DNA of 54,899 nt from Candidatus Dormiibacterota bacterium. Lineage in GTDB: Bacteria > Chloroflexota > Dormibacteria > Aeolococcales > Bog-877. A program made the position numbers and the translations under genes. This document shows positions 54,091-54,899 of this stretch, piece by piece. A model generated the notes under the pieces. That model ran no database searches and was not told the origin of the DNA. It saw only the letters and a program-made list of their open reading frames with translations. Numbering within the stretch: the first letter of the stretch is position 1; each line of letters opens with the position of its first letter. Where the stretch lies: assembly GCA_049583555.1 (NCBI GenBank), contig JBAUWA010000111.1:1-54899 (forward strand), written 5' to 3'.

Positions 54091-54899
54091 CTGGTCTCGT
54101 CCACCAGCTCGAAAAGCGGGGGATCACCGAGCCCCAAGCGCCTTACCCTCCCTTCCTGTTCCAGTTTGAGCAGGTGAGCTAGGACCGTCCCTGACGCCAT
54201 GCCCAACACCGCGGCGGGATAGGTGGCGTAGAGCCGGGCTACCAGTTGGTCGGGGCCGCTAGGCCCCAACCCCAGCTGGTCCAGGATCTGGGCCTCCCGC
54301 TGCAATCGGTGGGCGATCAGCTCCCTGATGGCGACCGCGGCGTCCTCGATGGGCTCGCCGTGACCCGGGAGAAGCCGGAGTGGTCGCAATTCCATGACCC
54401 GCTCGAGGGAGGCGAGGTAGGCCACCATCTCGCCATCCGGAGGTAACACCAGGCTGGTCGTTCCCTCCAGCACGTGGTCGCCGGTGAAGAGTACCCGGGC
54501 TGACTGGTCGAAGAAGCAGAGGTGATCCGAGGCGTGACCCGGAGTGTGGATCGCGATCAGTTCGAAAACACCGACCAAGAGCCGGTCGCCGTCGTGGAGC
54601 GGCAGGTCGGAAGCCTGGTCGGCGCGGCGGAAATGAACCGCCAGGGGAGCCCCGGTCAGCTCACATAGTCGGGCGGCGCCATCGAGATGGTCGCTGTGAT
54701 GATGGGTGCAAGCGACAGCGACCACACGGCCCTGTCGTCTGGCGGTCTCCGCCACCCTGAGCAGATGGGACTCATCGGCCGGTCCAGGGTCGATGACGAT
54801 GGTCTCCCCCTGGCCGTAAATCCAGGTGTTGGTGCCGGATCCGGTGAGGGGGCCGGGGTTGGGCGCCCTCACCAGCAGGATCTCGGCCCTCTCAGTCAC
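54087..54899 (-). CDS. MBL-fold metallo-hydrolase (5' end at or beyond window edge)
   Basis: ACTHHHSDHLDG (HxHxDH) and HTPGHASDH. The ORF runs to the last base of the window (GTG at 54899), so it may be N-terminally incomplete. Confidence 0.75.
   Translation of the reverse strand: MTERAEILLVRAPNPGPLTGSGTNTWIYGQGETIVIDPGPADESHLLRVAETARRQGRVVAVACTHHHSDHLDGAARLCELTGAPLAVHFRRADQASDLPLHDGDRLLVGVFELIAIHTPGHASDHLCFFDQSARVLFTGDHVLEGTTSLVLPPDGEMVAYLASLERVMELRPLRLLPGHGEPIEDAAVAIRELIAHRLQREAQILDQLGLGPSGPDQLVARLYATYPAAVLGMASGTVLAHLLKLEQEGRVRRLGLGDPPLFELVDETS

Overview
This is a high-GC, actinobacterial-type chromosomal window. All calls come from reading the ORF translations and the DNA by eye; no searches were run. 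About 70 features are supportable.

Housekeeping genes: dnaG-rpoD followed by tRNA-Asn, leuS, etfBA, pepA, queG, a Ppx/GppA phosphatase, and tRNA-Ser, tRNA-Asp and tRNA-Ile.

Potassium and cation homeostasis genes are unusually dense:
- kdpFABC with an extra upstream micro-ORF and a stand-alone usp gene.
- A convergent kdpE plus a kdpD that is split into two ORFs.
- A CaCA-family exchanger.
- Two trkA genes followed by a KimA-like APC transporter with a duplicated cytosolic domain.

Other content: an ECF41/SigJ-like sigma factor paired divergently with an epimerase gene that carries a matching promoter motif, plus many small enzymes (VOC, GNAT, MBL, SAM-methyltransferase, Usp).

An accessory patch at about 40.2-44.8 kb is a mosaic of decayed integrative-element remnants. 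It holds two integrase 3' stubs, a duplicated HTH-gene tail, a truncated nucleotidyltransferase and a visibly AT-richer PQQ-propeller gene. It abuts a tRNA-Ile with the rare UAU anticodon.

The best candidate for something undescribed is the block at 26959-29870. It contains an FHA domain fused to a PilT/GspE-like ATPase core whose catalytic motifs are all substituted, then a tiny membrane ORF and an HNH nuclease. A convergent RapZ homolog in the same block has an obliterated Walker A.

Other oddities:
- A Rieske-fold protein that keeps both Cys ligands but has lost both His ligands.
- A ppx gene whose conserved N-terminus lies upstream of any canonical start codon.
- A degenerate tRNA-Asn 3'-end copy bracketing a single VOC gene.

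No rRNA, CRISPR array or intact mobile element was seen.
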